Origin: Candidatus Parvarchaeota archaeon
GTDB lineage: Archaea; Nanobdellota; Nanobdellia; Parvarchaeales; Parvarchaeaceae
DNA: 47,403 nt
Assembly (NCBI GenBank): GCA_023380615.1
Contig: JAMCRO010000035.1
Location: 1 to 47,403, forward strand
Direction of reading: 5' to 3'
Made by a program: the position numbers and the translations under genes. The notes beneath the pieces are model-generated. The model was not told the origin of the DNA. It saw only the letters and a list, made by a program, of their open reading frames with translations, and searched no databases. Below, in pieces: positions 8,197 through 18,783 of the stretch (position 1 is the stretch's first letter; each line of letters begins with the position of its first letter).

Positions 8197-8739
8197 TTAA
8201 TCCGCATTACTATTAAACTTTTCGATGTGCACTATCCTGCTTAAATCAACTTTTGAACCGACGGTTTTCACTTCTCCCTCTTCTTTTATGTACCCTATTG
8301 GAATAATTCCTCTTACTTTGTATTTTTGAGGTATGTCTAAAAGTTTTTTGATTTCTTCCTGCTGCAAAGTTGCTATCCATGCGCTCCCTAAGCCGTAGCT
8401 GCTTACCATTAGAAGTAGATTTTCTATTGCAAGTGCTGCATTTTCAACGCAGAACGTTTCACTGTCGTCTTCATCGAATACTGCATCCATCTTTGACTTA
8501 TCACATATAACTATTATCATTAACGGGGCCGAGTCTATATGCGGTGTGAGGGAAATTTTGCTTATTTCACGTTTTACGTCTGCATTTGTGACTATAATAA
8601 ACTCATACTCTCTGACTCCTCCCGCAGTAGGAGACCTAACTGCCGAATCTATCAATTTAAGTATTATATCCTCACTTACTTCTTTGCCCAAAAAGGAATA
8701 AACGGTTTTTCTCTTAGTTATAGCGTCATACACATCCAT
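8197..8739 (-). CDS. Nitroreductase-family flavoprotein
   Basis: N-terminal AITKRKTVYSF, then SAVRSPTAGGVREYEFIIV and GLGSAWI motifs typical of the nitroreductase fold. Confidence 0.85.
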   Translation of the reverse strand: MDVYDAITKRKTVYSFLGKEVSEDIILKLIDSAVRSPTAGGVREYEFIIVTNADVKREISKISLTPHIDSAPLMIIVICDKSKMDAVFDEDDSETFCVENAALAIENLLLMVSSYGLGSAWIATLQQEEIKKLLDIPQKYKVRGIIPIGYIKEEGEVKTVGSKVDLSRIVHIEKFNSNAD

Positions 8740-8818
8740 AAGTTTTTAAATTAGCCGGTTATATATAAACATTACAAAGATTACGTGATTATAGTATACT
8801 TTAAGCGAAGATTAAAAA

Positions 8819-9010
8819 CTAAGAATAGTTCTCTATTACTTCTGCCAGTATTTTAGCCTTTCCGCCGGTTGGAGTTGCGAGGACTTCATTGCATACCAAA
8901 CACCTTACTTCTGTAGAAGCTTTTGTAAATATTACCTGCTCATTTTTGCATTTGTTGCACCTTACTTTTGAAAATTTGCCTTCCGATGGCCTGAATATAA
9001 TTTCTTCCAT
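8819..9010 (-). CDS. rps27e: 30S ribosomal protein S27e
   Basis: FSKVRCNKCKNEQVIF....VRCLVCNEVLATPTGGKAKI zinc ribbon. Downstream of L44e as in most archaea. Terminates with TAG (8819-8821). Confidence 0.9.
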   Translation of the reverse strand: MEEIIFRPSEGKFSKVRCNKCKNEQVIFTKASTEVRCLVCNEVLATPTGGKAKILAEVIENYS

Positions 9011-9011
9011 T

Positions 9012-9305
9012 TTACTTTATCTCCAGCTTTTTCGCCTTTTTACCCCTTTTCTGGGTAGTCATTTTACCACATTTTGTACATTTATACCTTAAGTCTATCC
9101 TTTTAGACTGTTTTATACCAAGCCTCTTTGCGTGCTCAAACATTGGGTAAGGAGTAGAACCATAACCATGTTCAAGATTCCAGCCTTTCCTACGACTGCC
9201 CGCAGTCAATGTTCCCCTCTGACCACCCTTCACCTGTACTACTTTTTGTAGGGTATGTTCTTTGCAGAATCTGCAGTATCTTCTAACCTGGCTTGGTAAT
9301 TTCAT
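9012..9305 (-). CDS. rpl44e: 50S ribosomal protein L44e (eL42)
   Basis: RRYCRFCKEHT..., KGGQRG.. and a second CTKCGK zinc knuckle; conserved L44e-S27e pair. Confidence 0.9.
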   Translation of the reverse strand: MKLPSQVRRYCRFCKEHTLQKVVQVKGGQRGTLTAGSRRKGWNLEHGYGSTPYPMFEHAKRLGIKQSKRIDLRYKCTKCGKMTTQKRGKKAKKLEIK

Positions 9306-9391
9306 TTAGTTTCAATAAATAGCTTAGTATTTAACTTTTTCTATATTTGAAATTGCAATAATTTTAAATTTAGTGGCTGTTTTACTAGCCT

Positions 9392-11812
9392 ATGCAAAAA
9401 GCCGTACCGCTGCTTGTTTTAATAATGCTGTTATTATCAGTATCAATAACGCATGCATCTAAAGGAATAAATCTAAATTTCCAAGAAATGCCACTGCAAA
9501 GCCAGGTCTGCAATTATTTGACGCCTCAGAACCTTAGAACCGCTTATAATTTTTTACCCTTGTACAATCTTAGTATAAACGGGAATGGCCAGGCAATTGC
9601 CATAGTGGTTGCCCATGGGGATCCGAACTTACAGCAGGATGTAAATGCCTTTGATTCATATTACGGTTTAAACCCCCTTACTAATGGATCTAACCTTATG
9701 ATAGAAGAACCGTTTGGAAGCCCCAGTTCTTATCCAGTTAACTGGACGTACGAAACCGCATTGGATGTAGAAATGGTCCATTCATTAGCCCCCGGTGCAA
9801 AAATATACTTAATTGTAGCTCCAAACGACTCTTGGCTTTTCCAGACTGTAAACTACACAGTAAGTAACGTTCCTGCAAATACTATCTCACTTAGCTGGGG
9901 ATCATCAGAACTTGAATACACTTCACAAGCCATAAATTATTTAAACGCTATATTCCAATCCGCACAGTCAAACGGCATAAATGTGTTCGTAGCAAGTGGT
10001 GACACGGGAGCTTATAATTCGTATAACACTCCAAACGTTAACTTTCCGGCTTCCAGCCCGAATGTCATAGCAGTTGGAGGCACTACTCTATCCATATACT
10101 CAAATGGAGATTACAAATCGGAAGTAGGCTGGAACGGAAGCGGAGGAGGACAAAGCCAATTTTTTGCTAGACCACCATTTCAACCAGATATAAGCTCTTA
10201 TCGAATGGTGCCAGACGTTGCATTCGACGCTGGAACTCCTGTTTGTGTATATGCAGATTCCGGCTGGATAGCGCTTTATGGAACAAGCTTAGCAGCTCCT
10301 TCATGGGCCGCAATTGATTCGCTGATAAACCAAAACCTGCATGGTGACGAAGGATACCTGAACAGCCATCTTTACAGCGTATTTAACAATGTCGGCAGCC
10401 TTGTATTCAACAATATAACAAGTGGCTGTAATGATTTATACTGTGCAGACGGAGAGTACAACGAAGTAACTGGACTTGGCTCTCCAAAGGCATACCAACT
10501 TGTAGAAGCACTTTCAAATACCACTTACGAAGTATATTTCAATGACCCAGTTAATGGTGTTTTTAGCGTAAACGGCAAAAATTATACTACATCAACGACT
10601 TTAAAATTTGCATTCGGCGAAAAAGTAAATATCGCTGCATATTCCCAGAACATAAGTTCAGATACAAAGTTTCTTTTTACTGACATGTCGGGGATTGTGA
10701 ATACACGCGACAATGCAATATCATTTTTCGTAAACCAGTCGGGCACAATAAACATAGCTTTTTCGGTCTATTTCCTTGTAAATGAGTATGACTACAATGG
10801 GATAAACAACAGAAGTGAATATGTAAAGAATGGAAGTATTTTCAATGTTTCTGCTCAAAAACTGGAGAACTATTCACAGTACCAAGAAGTACTGCTAGGG
10901 TTTAGTATAGACAATGGAACATTGCTTCAAACTCCCGATTATGCAATAACTGTATTGTCCCCTTTTAATGTAAGCTTTTCATGGAATAAAAACCCAAAGG
11001 TGGCTTTTGAATTTTTGAATGGAACATCGGGTTTATTTGCGAACGTTTCATATTACAGGACTGTTCCTTTATCCAAAACCATTAAAAAAGTGTATTCGGT
11101 AGTAAGCAACGGAAGTTATGTCTACTCCAGCAATAATTCTGACTTTTATATATACGCAAACCCCCAAATAATAGCTGGGAACAGGTATATTGTACAAAAT
11201 GTAACAAGTAGGTTCCAAAGTACTATACCGGTAAATTTCATAAAAGAGTACAATTACACGATAAACTTTTTATCAAGACAAGGGGCGGCAATTAAGCCTT
11301 CTTACTTTTATATCTCCTTTGAAAATATAACTGAAAGATATCAAAATTATTATATCTGGGCACCCAGGAACAGTAAAATTGTAATCAAAAATGCAAGTTA
11401 TGACGGTATAAATTTAAAAATAAACCAATCACTGCAAACAAATTCACAGACCAATTTAAACGCTACTATCCCCGTGTCAAACATAAACATAAAAGTGGTA
11501 ACAATATTAGGCATACCAGTTGTAGGTGCGGGCGTAACTATAAACATTGATAATGTCTCCTTCAAAAATTATACAAACATATTAGGGGGAGTCACATTTG
11601 CAAATCTGCCCCAGAAAACATACAATGCGACAATAACTGCTTATAATTCAAAATTCTTTTTTGGTAACTTGAATGCACTTTCAAATACTTTATCCATTAC
11701 TGCAGGTTTGTATGAATTATATATAATCCTAGGCGTCATAGTGATTATTTTAGTGATTTTGCTTTTGGTGGAACGCATAAGACGTAGAAAATACAATAAA
11801 AAACATAAATAA
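9392..11812 (+). CDS. Secreted, C-terminally membrane-anchored sedolisin-type (S53) serine-carboxyl peptidase with a large C-terminal beta-rich extension
   Basis: Signal peptide (LLVLIMLLLSVSITHASKG). S53 catalytic motifs ETALDVEMVHSLAPGAKIY (Glu-x3-Asp), SGDTGAY and GTSLAAPSWAA (nucleophile Ser). The C-terminal TM helix (LYIILGVIVIILVILLLV) is followed by RIRRRKYNKKHK. Confidence 0.8.
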   Translation: MQKAVPLLVLIMLLLSVSITHASKGINLNFQEMPLQSQVCNYLTPQNLRTAYNFLPLYNLSINGNGQAIAIVVAHGDPNLQQDVNAFDSYYGLNPLTNGSNLMIEEPFGSPSSYPVNWTYETALDVEMVHSLAPGAKIYLIVAPNDSWLFQTVNYTVSNVPANTISLSWGSSELEYTSQAINYLNAIFQSAQSNGINVFVASGDTGAYNSYNTPNVNFPASSPNVIAVGGTTLSIYSNGDYKSEVGWNGSGGGQSQFFARPPFQPDISSYRMVPDVAFDAGTPVCVYADSGWIALYGTSLAAPSWAAIDSLINQNLHGDEGYLNSHLYSVFNNVGSLVFNNITSGCNDLYCADGEYNEVTGLGSPKAYQLVEALSNTTYEVYFNDPVNGVFSVNGKNYTTSTTLKFAFGEKVNIAAYSQNISSDTKFLFTDMSGIVNTRDNAISFFVNQSGTINIAFSVYFLVNEYDYNGINNRSEYVKNGSIFNVSAQKLENYSQYQEVLLGFSIDNGTLLQTPDYAITVLSPFNVSFSWNKNPKVAFEFLNGTSGLFANVSYYRTVPLSKTIKKVYSVVSNGSYVYSSNNSDFYIYANPQIIAGNRYIVQNVTSRFQSTIPVNFIKEYNYTINFLSRQGAAIKPSYFYISFENITERYQNYYIWAPRNSKIVIKNASYDGINLKINQSLQTNSQTNLNATIPVSNINIKVVTILGIPVVGAGVTINIDNVSFKNYTNILGGVTFANLPQKTYNATITAYNSKFFFGNLNALSNTLSITAGLYELYIILGVIVIILVILLLVERIRRRKYNKKHK

Positions 11813-11839
11813 AAGCTTGCAGATAATATAATAGTAATA

Positions 11840-14080
11840 ATGGAATTAAAAAACAGGGATTATTCTCTTTCCAGGGAAGAAGGGGAAATAGCGCTAACCT
11901 ACAAAGTGCCTTTAGATGTCCTTTACCCCAATCCGGAAGACAATGAAGAGATATTTGAAAAAATAATCAACGCAATAATTGAATCTGGGGATATAACCCT
12001 GCTTACAATAGTAAGCGATAGAAACTACATATACACAAAAGACGAGACAAACCTGTTAAATGACCTTGCAAACAAATATAAGGCAATGCTTGAATCAGAT
12101 CTTTCCAAACCTTTCGACAACGATATACAGAAAAACTTTCCAGAAGAAGTGTCGAAATTCAATTATATATTATTTAACCGTCTAAAAAGGGACCCGCTTG
12201 GGGCATATGTGCTTGGATTAAGATTTTTAAGGGAGTTTAAAGTAAAACAAGAAAACAATGAGACAGAGTTGTTTTCCACTTTCCTTGAAAAATTCTCAAA
12301 TCTTACCTCACAGATAGCAGAAATAAAGATAGTAAAGAAAAACCTAAACCTTATTTTGGGTTACAAGATAGGAGATAGACAACCCTACCGCGCAATATTT
12401 AAGCCGCTGATAAGGCCGAATTTTACGTATACTAGGATAATGTCAGAACCACCACTATCTGCAGTAGAATTGGAGAATTATAAATTGAACGATGAAGACG
12501 AGACAGAAGTAACTATCTACCGCATTCCGGGAATGTCGCAGTACCTATACCATCTTTCGCCCCCGGAATTACTGCTTAATGTAGAAGAATATGACATATT
12601 AGATCAAGTAAGGAATAATTTAATAGATTACAGACCCCAAGAAAATGAGTTTACCGATCCTTTGAGAATGAGAGATGTGTTCTTTAAAATAAGCAAAGAT
12701 ATGATTGCAGAGATAAGCACTAAAAATGGATACAGCTTGAGTTTCAAAGACATAGATAAACTTGCAAGGATACTTGTTAGGTTAACTGTTGGTTTTGGGA
12801 TGACTGAGATAGTTTTGTCCGATGATATGGTGGAGGATGTGTACATAAATTCACCCATCAGCAAATCTCCTATTTTTGTCAAGCATTCAAAATATGGAGA
12901 ATGCGCTTCAAATATCATACCAAATGCAAAAGAAGTTGATGCCTGGTCTTCTAGGTTTAGGCTAATGTCGGGAAGAGCCCTTGATGAAGGTCACCCAGTA
13001 CTTGATACCGAACTCATAACAGACATGTTCAGGTCAAGAGTTGCGATAGCCCAGCGTCCTCTTTCTCCAGAAGGGATAAGCATAGCATTTAGAAGGCATA
13101 GAGAACAACCATGGACGATGCCTCTATTTATAAACAATAAAATGATATCACCTTTCGCAGCAGGATTACTTTGGTTTTGTGTAGAAGGGGCAAGAACAAT
13201 ACTAATAAGTGGTACACGTGGAGCGGGTAAAACATCAATGTTGACTGCTTTGATGCTGCTTCTAATGAAAAGGTACAGAATAATAACAGTTGAGGATACC
13301 TTAGAGATCCCTACTGATTCATTTGTCAAACTAGGATATGACATGCTATCATTAAAAGTACAAAGTGCAATAACTGGTGAAAGAGCAGAGATGAGCGCAG
13401 ATGAAGGCATAAGAACGACATTAAGGCTTGGGGACAGTTCATTGATTGTGGGAGAAGTAAGAAGTACGGAAGCAAAGGCTTTGTATGAAGCAATGCGTGT
13501 GGGTGCTCTTTCAAACACTGTTATGGGAACAATACACGGTGAAAACCCTTATGGTGTCTTTGATAGAGTTGTAAACGACCTAAATGTTCCAAGAACTAGT
13601 TTCAAAGCAACGGATTTAATAGTTTCTGTGAATAAGATAAGAACCGAAGACAGATTAAGCGAAAGGAGAAGAGTCCTTAATATAACCGAAGTAAGAAAGG
13701 ACTGGACTGAAGATCCACAATATGAAAATGGATTCGTAGATTTGGTAAAATATGACATACACAAAGACAGTCTTGACCCTTCAAATGATTTACTGGAAGG
13801 TAACAGCTATGTTATAAAGGAGATAGCCTCTAGAGTAGAAGATTGGGCCGGCAACTGGGATGCTGTACTTGAAAGCATAAGAGCAAGAGGGGATGTACTG
13901 GATGCATTATGCAATTATGCAAACAAAACTAATAATCCCTCATTGTTGGAAGCAGAATTTACCTCTGAGGCAATAGACCAGTATTATGATATAATAAGCA
14001 GGTTAAGAGAAGAGTACGGTACTGCAGAAAGAAAAAACATTGTAAATTTATTTGATTTATGGCTAAGAAGCAAAAAGTAA
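11840..14080 (+). CDS. Archaeal type IV pilus/archaellum-type assembly ATPase (GspE/VirB11/FlaI superfamily)
   Basis: Walker A ISGTRGAGKTSML, Asp box IITVEDTLEI and Walker B SLIVGEVRSTEA, followed by a TIHG His box. About 330-aa N-terminal and about 130-aa C-terminal extensions. Confidence 0.85.
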   Translation: MELKNRDYSLSREEGEIALTYKVPLDVLYPNPEDNEEIFEKIINAIIESGDITLLTIVSDRNYIYTKDETNLLNDLANKYKAMLESDLSKPFDNDIQKNFPEEVSKFNYILFNRLKRDPLGAYVLGLRFLREFKVKQENNETELFSTFLEKFSNLTSQIAEIKIVKKNLNLILGYKIGDRQPYRAIFKPLIRPNFTYTRIMSEPPLSAVELENYKLNDEDETEVTIYRIPGMSQYLYHLSPPELLLNVEEYDILDQVRNNLIDYRPQENEFTDPLRMRDVFFKISKDMIAEISTKNGYSLSFKDIDKLARILVRLTVGFGMTEIVLSDDMVEDVYINSPISKSPIFVKHSKYGECASNIIPNAKEVDAWSSRFRLMSGRALDEGHPVLDTELITDMFRSRVAIAQRPLSPEGISIAFRRHREQPWTMPLFINNKMISPFAAGLLWFCVEGARTILISGTRGAGKTSMLTALMLLLMKRYRIITVEDTLEIPTDSFVKLGYDMLSLKVQSAITGERAEMSADEGIRTTLRLGDSSLIVGEVRSTEAKALYEAMRVGALSNTVMGTIHGENPYGVFDRVVNDLNVPRTSFKATDLIVSVNKIRTEDRLSERRRVLNITEVRKDWTEDPQYENGFVDLVKYDIHKDSLDPSNDLLEGNSYVIKEIASRVEDWAGNWDAVLESIRARGDVLDALCNYANKTNNPSLLEAEFTSEAIDQYYDIISRLREEYGTAERKNIVNLFDLWLRSKK

Positions 14081-16176
14081 AGGAGGCTGTGCCTTCTGCG
14101 AAGATAGACAAAAACTTTATAGACACATATTATACAAAAGAAAACATAGTTCCAAGTGATTTATATAAAAAAGACGAAAACGTTAGAGAGGAATTAAAGT
14201 CACTTGAATACAAAATATTCAAGGAGAAGAATCCTACAAATTTTTCTAAAATAATAAACTTCGGCGCAAATACAATAGGTAAGGTAATAAAGTTTAACAT
14301 AAACAAAGATCAGGAAAAGAAAATAAACACGCTTCTTTACCTGCTTGGGTATGATTTCGATGCAAAACAGCTATATGGTTTCGGCATATTCATGCTTGTA
14401 GCTCTAATGCTTTTAGGAGTGATACTCCTTGTTTTAGGCCAAATAATAGCTGGTCTGGTGCTTATGTTTTTAGGTGTTATTTCATTTATAGGAGTGCAGA
14501 TATTTCCCCAACAACAGATGACCGTTAGATTAAGTAAGTCTTCGAGTGACCTTGTTACTATGATCCTTTATATGGTTATATTTATGCGGCAGACTCCGAA
14601 TTTAGAAGGGGCAGTACAATTTGCTTCGGATAACTTGACCAGTTATCTAGCTCTTGATTTAAAAAAGCTGATATGGGATACGGCTGCAAGAAAATACAAT
14701 AATATAAAAGAAGCTTTGGATGAATATTCAAAAAGATGGGCGAAATCAAGCCCGGCATTCACAGATGCACTTTTTCTCATAGAAAGCTCAACTTCGCAGG
14801 AAACGGAAGAAGCAAGACTTGGATTATTAGATGAAGCTTCTGATAGAATATTAGGTGGAACTTTTGAAGCGATGACAAAATACGCTTCATCATTAAAAGA
14901 GCCTCTAAACACAATATATATGATAGGTATGGTCCTCCCAGTTTTAGGATTAGTATTGGCCCCTATGCTGATGGCTTTTGTAGCCGTTCCAGATTTTGGC
15001 TTGCTGCTTGCATTGATGTATGACGTAGGTTTACCGCTGATGGTGTATTTCCTCATAAGAAACAAATTACTCACTAGGCCAAGCGGATTCGGGGCGCCGG
15101 ATATAAATAATATACCGAATATACCAAAGGTTGGAAATTTCTTTGTAAAGATGGGAAAGAAAAAAATAAGCATAAGTGCACTTCTGCCTGCCCTATTAAT
15201 ATTCATTCTTTTCTTGCTACCAGTTTACTTCCTTTATCCTATGCTTTTAAAATTCGGGCCAGCACAGATATATGTTTCAATGTTTATAACCGCAGCCATA
15301 GGATTCTCAATAGTGGTTTACCTTAAACTTTCGGTTATCCAACTTAAAGAAACAGAAGAAGAATTGAATTCAATAGAGACATCTTTTGGCGCCGCAATGT
15401 CACAAATGAGCTCTTTCCTTGCACAAGGTTACCCACCAGAAGCTACACTTGTAAAGGTAGAAGAAAACATGAAAGGCACGCCTGTTTCAGAATTCTTTGA
15501 CGTAACAATAAACAACATAAGAAAACTTGGTATGTCTCTGAAAGATGCATTTTTCAATGCAACGAATGGATCTACACGCTTTTTCCCTTCACCTATGATT
15601 CTTGCATCTACAAAAATTTTCCTTTCCTCGGCGGCAAAAAGCGTAAGAAACGCTTCTGTAGCCACAGCTTACGTTTCAAAGCACCTTACAAACTTGCGTA
15701 GGATAGAAGAGCAGGTTCGTTCACTTTTAGAGGAAGTTACTTCTGGAATGCGCGTAGAAGTTGGATTAATAAGCCCAGCAATGGCGGGCATAGTGGTGGG
15801 ATTAACTACATTAATAGGTACTGTACTTACTTCGCTTTCGGGGAGCATAAGCTCAATACAAAGCGCCGCAAGCACATCCTCAAGCAGCAGCGTTTCATCA
15901 GTGGTTCCATTTGCATTCAGCTTGTTTAATTTAAGTGGGGGAGCGATACCACTGTATACCTTTCAGGTTATAATAGGAATATACCTTGTAAGCTTAAGCC
16001 TGATAATAGGGTATGCAGTATCTACTATATCACGGCCCGGAGATAAAATATTAATGAGAGACACGATGGCATCGATGCTTCTCATTTCTATGATATTATA
16101 CATATTAATTGCGTTTATAGTGACGCTGGTATTTGCATCGGTAGGAGGACTAGTAATAAGCGCCACCCACATCTAA
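14059..16176 (+). CDS. Polytopic membrane platform protein, FlaJ/TadC/PilC-like (two T2SSF-like repeats)
   Basis: Two cytoplasmic helical segments, each followed by TM clusters (DEYSKRWAKSSPAFTDAL... and GAAMSQMSSFLAQGYPPEATL...GMSLKDAF). Overlaps the ATPase gene by 22 nt. Confidence 0.65.
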   Translation: MAKKQKVKEAVPSAKIDKNFIDTYYTKENIVPSDLYKKDENVREELKSLEYKIFKEKNPTNFSKIINFGANTIGKVIKFNINKDQEKKINTLLYLLGYDFDAKQLYGFGIFMLVALMLLGVILLVLGQIIAGLVLMFLGVISFIGVQIFPQQQMTVRLSKSSSDLVTMILYMVIFMRQTPNLEGAVQFASDNLTSYLALDLKKLIWDTAARKYNNIKEALDEYSKRWAKSSPAFTDALFLIESSTSQETEEARLGLLDEASDRILGGTFEAMTKYASSLKEPLNTIYMIGMVLPVLGLVLAPMLMAFVAVPDFGLLLALMYDVGLPLMVYFLIRNKLLTRPSGFGAPDINNIPNIPKVGNFFVKMGKKKISISALLPALLIFILFLLPVYFLYPMLLKFGPAQIYVSMFITAAIGFSIVVYLKLSVIQLKETEEELNSIETSFGAAMSQMSSFLAQGYPPEATLVKVEENMKGTPVSEFFDVTINNIRKLGMSLKDAFFNATNGSTRFFPSPMILASTKIFLSSAAKSVRNASVATAYVSKHLTNLRRIEEQVRSLLEEVTSGMRVEVGLISPAMAGIVVGLTTLIGTVLTSLSGSISSIQSAASTSSSSSVSSVVPFAFSLFNLSGGAIPLYTFQVIIGIYLVSLSLIIGYAVSTISRPGDKILMRDTMASMLLISMILYILIAFIVTLVFASVGGLVISATHI

Positions 16177-17034
16177 TTAATGCCTGTTTTTAAGTTCGTT
16201 TAAAGAAACCAAATCAATTATCAGTTTTGCCGCAAGTATCTCCGTTATATTGTTCTCGCCTAATGGCCGTGTTTCCATTACATCCATACCGACTAAAGCC
16301 GAGTTTCGAATTATAGCAGAAACATAATTAAGAAAATCGCTGTAAAGTATCCCGTTTGGTTGTGGTGTTCCAACACCCGGTGCTATCGAAGGATCAAAAA
16401 CATCCATGTCAATGCTAATGTAAACTTTTTTGCCTCTTATTAAATTAATCAAGGAACTTAGGCTTTTTTCATCATTTATTTTGTCCTTGGTTATTACTAA
16501 AAGCCCTCTTTTTATAAGTTCTCCTTTTTCTTCCAAATTTAAGCTTCTTACGCCTATGAGAGAAACGTTATTTCTAAGATTAACCAGTCTTGCGTTACTG
16601 GCGTGGTTTATCTCAAGCTTTAAGAAATCTGGCTTGAAATCTGCATGCGCATCAAATATTATGAATTCAACATCTTCTCCAAAAGCCAATGAAGCACCAT
16701 ATGTTGCAGTATGCTCCCCCCCTATCAGTATGGGTATCTTGCCTGCAGAAACAAGGTCGGAAATGCTTAAATTTATTATTTCCATCGCATTTCTTATATC
16801 CCCGCTTAATTCAAGTTCATTAAGAGTGAATATCTTGTCTTTAAGCTCGTAATCAAGCTCAAAATCATAATTTTCCAGCGAACGCGATGCCTCAATAACA
16901 GATCTTGGGCCGAATTTCGTTCCTTTTAAGTATGTTGTCGTTACATCTAATGGCACGGGCATTATTGTATACTTAGCGTCATTAAAGCTCACTACTTCCT
17001 CCAAAAACGAATCCTTACCCTCATTTAAAAGCAT
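16177..17034 (-). CDS. speB: Agmatinase/ureohydrolase family
   Basis: Mn-binding motifs GGEHTATYG, FDAHADF and SIDMDVFDP. Its stop codon abuts the stop of the convergent platform gene (TAATTA at 16174-16179). Confidence 0.85.
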   Translation of the reverse strand: MLLNEGKDSFLEEVVSFNDAKYTIMPVPLDVTTTYLKGTKFGPRSVIEASRSLENYDFELDYELKDKIFTLNELELSGDIRNAMEIINLSISDLVSAGKIPILIGGEHTATYGASLAFGEDVEFIIFDAHADFKPDFLKLEINHASNARLVNLRNNVSLIGVRSLNLEEKGELIKRGLLVITKDKINDEKSLSSLINLIRGKKVYISIDMDVFDPSIAPGVGTPQPNGILYSDFLNYVSAIIRNSALVGMDVMETRPLGENNITEILAAKLIIDLVSLNELKNRH

Positions 17035-17052
17035 ACTATCATCAACACACTC

Positions 17053-18783
17053 TTAATTTTTAACGCTTATGTTTTTCTGCTGGCTATACATTTCGACTAT
17101 GTCTTTTACAGTATTTGCATCATCTGCCTTCTTGTCTGTGCGTATGAAAGACACTGCCCTTGGGAACCTAAGTGCATAGCCTATGCCCTCTTTCATTCCT
17201 GCAGTGTGTGTAGGGCTTCTTGTAATTTCATCCGCTTTTACTGCTATTATGTATTTTGGAACTACCCAAACATCAGGTTGCATTATACTGTCCACTCTTG
17301 CTGGTTTATTGTCTACTTTTATTTCATTCAATATTTTGAAAAGCTGCTTAAACTGCTCTTCCGAGAAACCCGAACCGACCTTTGTTATACTTTTAAATTT
17401 GTCTTCCTTTGAGTCATATACGCCTGCCAGCACTGCTCCCAATCCGAAACCAGCCCTTTGCCCCCTGCCTTTAAAATACCCAAGAATTACTAGGTCTACA
17501 GTGTCATTCAATTTTGACTTATAAGATCTTTTCATCTTTATCCAATTGAAGTTTCTTGCACCTGCAGAATAAGGAGAATCCAGACGTTTTGCAACTATGC
17601 CTTCCAAACCCTCCTCAATTGTAAGGTCAAAGAATTTGTCTAGCTCTTTTTCATCGTTAGTTATTATCATTTTTGTCTTAGATATTGTCCTCGTATTGGA
17701 AAACAATTTATCCAATATCCCTCTTCTTTCTAGATAAGGTTCGTTTATTAGACTTTCCTTATTGAAGAGCATTATATCGAAAACAAAAAGCCTTAATGGC
17801 AATTCCTGGGATACTTCCTCTACATTGTGTTTCCTTTTCCGTTGTATTGTTATCTGAAAAGGATATAATACATTTGTATTTTCATCATAGGTTAAAGCCT
17901 CCCCGTCTATTATTAAATCTTGACAATCGATTTTTCTGACTTCCTCCACTATTTCAGGCATAAAATGAGTTATATCCTCTAAGTTTCTGGAAAAAACCCT
18001 TACTTCTTTGTCTTTCTTATGCACTTGTGCCCTGAATCCGTCCAACTTCTGATCAATTGCACATTTGCCCATTCTTTCCAAAATCTCCTTAGAAGAACCC
18101 AATCTTTCCGCTAATGCAGGCCTTATCGGTTTCATTGCATTTATCTCGAATTTGTTTATTCCTTCCTCTCCTTTCGAATAGAGGACTTCTGCCACATAAC
18201 CCAGATCAGAACATAAATTAAAGGCTCTTTCTATATTTACTTTGAATTTCCTGCTTCCGGTTCTTGCCTTGGAGAGAGCCTCCATTATAGTCGCTTCTCC
18301 TACGCCTAAACGCAATTTTCCCATTACAAAGCGAATCACAAACTTAGATTCTATTGGAGAGATATTAGCTATAAGCTCTGACAATTCCTTTATCTTTTCA
18401 TCTATGCTTCCTTCCCCCGAAATATTTGCTATCTTTAAAAGTTTGCCGTATACTTCAGTGATATCTGTTTTCTGGTTATTAGACGTATTTGATTCCTTTT
18501 CTGCTATCTCCCCTAAATCGCCTATTCTTTTGTATTCTTCTAATATCTTAGTGACTGGTTTATTATATGCAAGAGCTATAACTTTTTCTACCATCTTGTC
18601 CGCTATCCCAAGCTGTATATCATAAAAAGGCGGGAGTAACTGCTCCTGTATAAAATTTACAGTATAATTTATTTCCTCGCTCTTTGTCTTTGAGAAAACT
18701 TCTGAAAGTATATCTATCATCTCAAGTCTTTTTGAGGTGTTCTCCAATTTAAGCAGATAATTACAAAGCTCTTCAAACCTCAT
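17053..18783 (-). CDS. lig: ATP-dependent DNA ligase
   Basis: Adenylation motif I DQKLDGFRAQVH (KxDG), EGIVAK motif and an OB-domain C-terminus; length typical of archaeal Lig1-type enzymes. Confidence 0.92.
   Translation of the reverse strand: MRFEELCNYLLKLENTSKRLEMIDILSEVFSKTKSEEINYTVNFIQEQLLPPFYDIQLGIADKMVEKVIALAYNKPVTKILEEYKRIGDLGEIAEKESNTSNNQKTDITEVYGKLLKIANISGEGSIDEKIKELSELIANISPIESKFVIRFVMGKLRLGVGEATIMEALSKARTGSRKFKVNIERAFNLCSDLGYVAEVLYSKGEEGINKFEINAMKPIRPALAERLGSSKEILERMGKCAIDQKLDGFRAQVHKKDKEVRVFSRNLEDITHFMPEIVEEVRKIDCQDLIIDGEALTYDENTNVLYPFQITIQRKRKHNVEEVSQELPLRLFVFDIMLFNKESLINEPYLERRGILDKLFSNTRTISKTKMIITNDEKELDKFFDLTIEEGLEGIVAKRLDSPYSAGARNFNWIKMKRSYKSKLNDTVDLVILGYFKGRGQRAGFGLGAVLAGVYDSKEDKFKSITKVGSGFSEEQFKQLFKILNEIKVDNKPARVDSIMQPDVWVVPKYIIAVKADEITRSPTHTAGMKEGIGYALRFPRAVSFIRTDKKADDANTVKDIVEMYSQQKNISVKN

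Noticed and set aside
12991-13518. 175-aa minus-strand ORF (with 13326..13514, 12628..12918 and 13549..13764) inside the pilus ATPase gene
   Set aside because: It is antisense to a CDS with clear Walker A/B motifs. Its translation is low-complexity with no recognisable motifs, so it is a shadow ORF.
14643-15206. 187-aa minus-strand ORF (with 15429..15665, 15669..15875 and 15963..16172) inside the platform-protein gene
   Set aside because: It is antisense to a long, coherent polytopic membrane CDS coupled to the ATPase gene. There is no independent signal.
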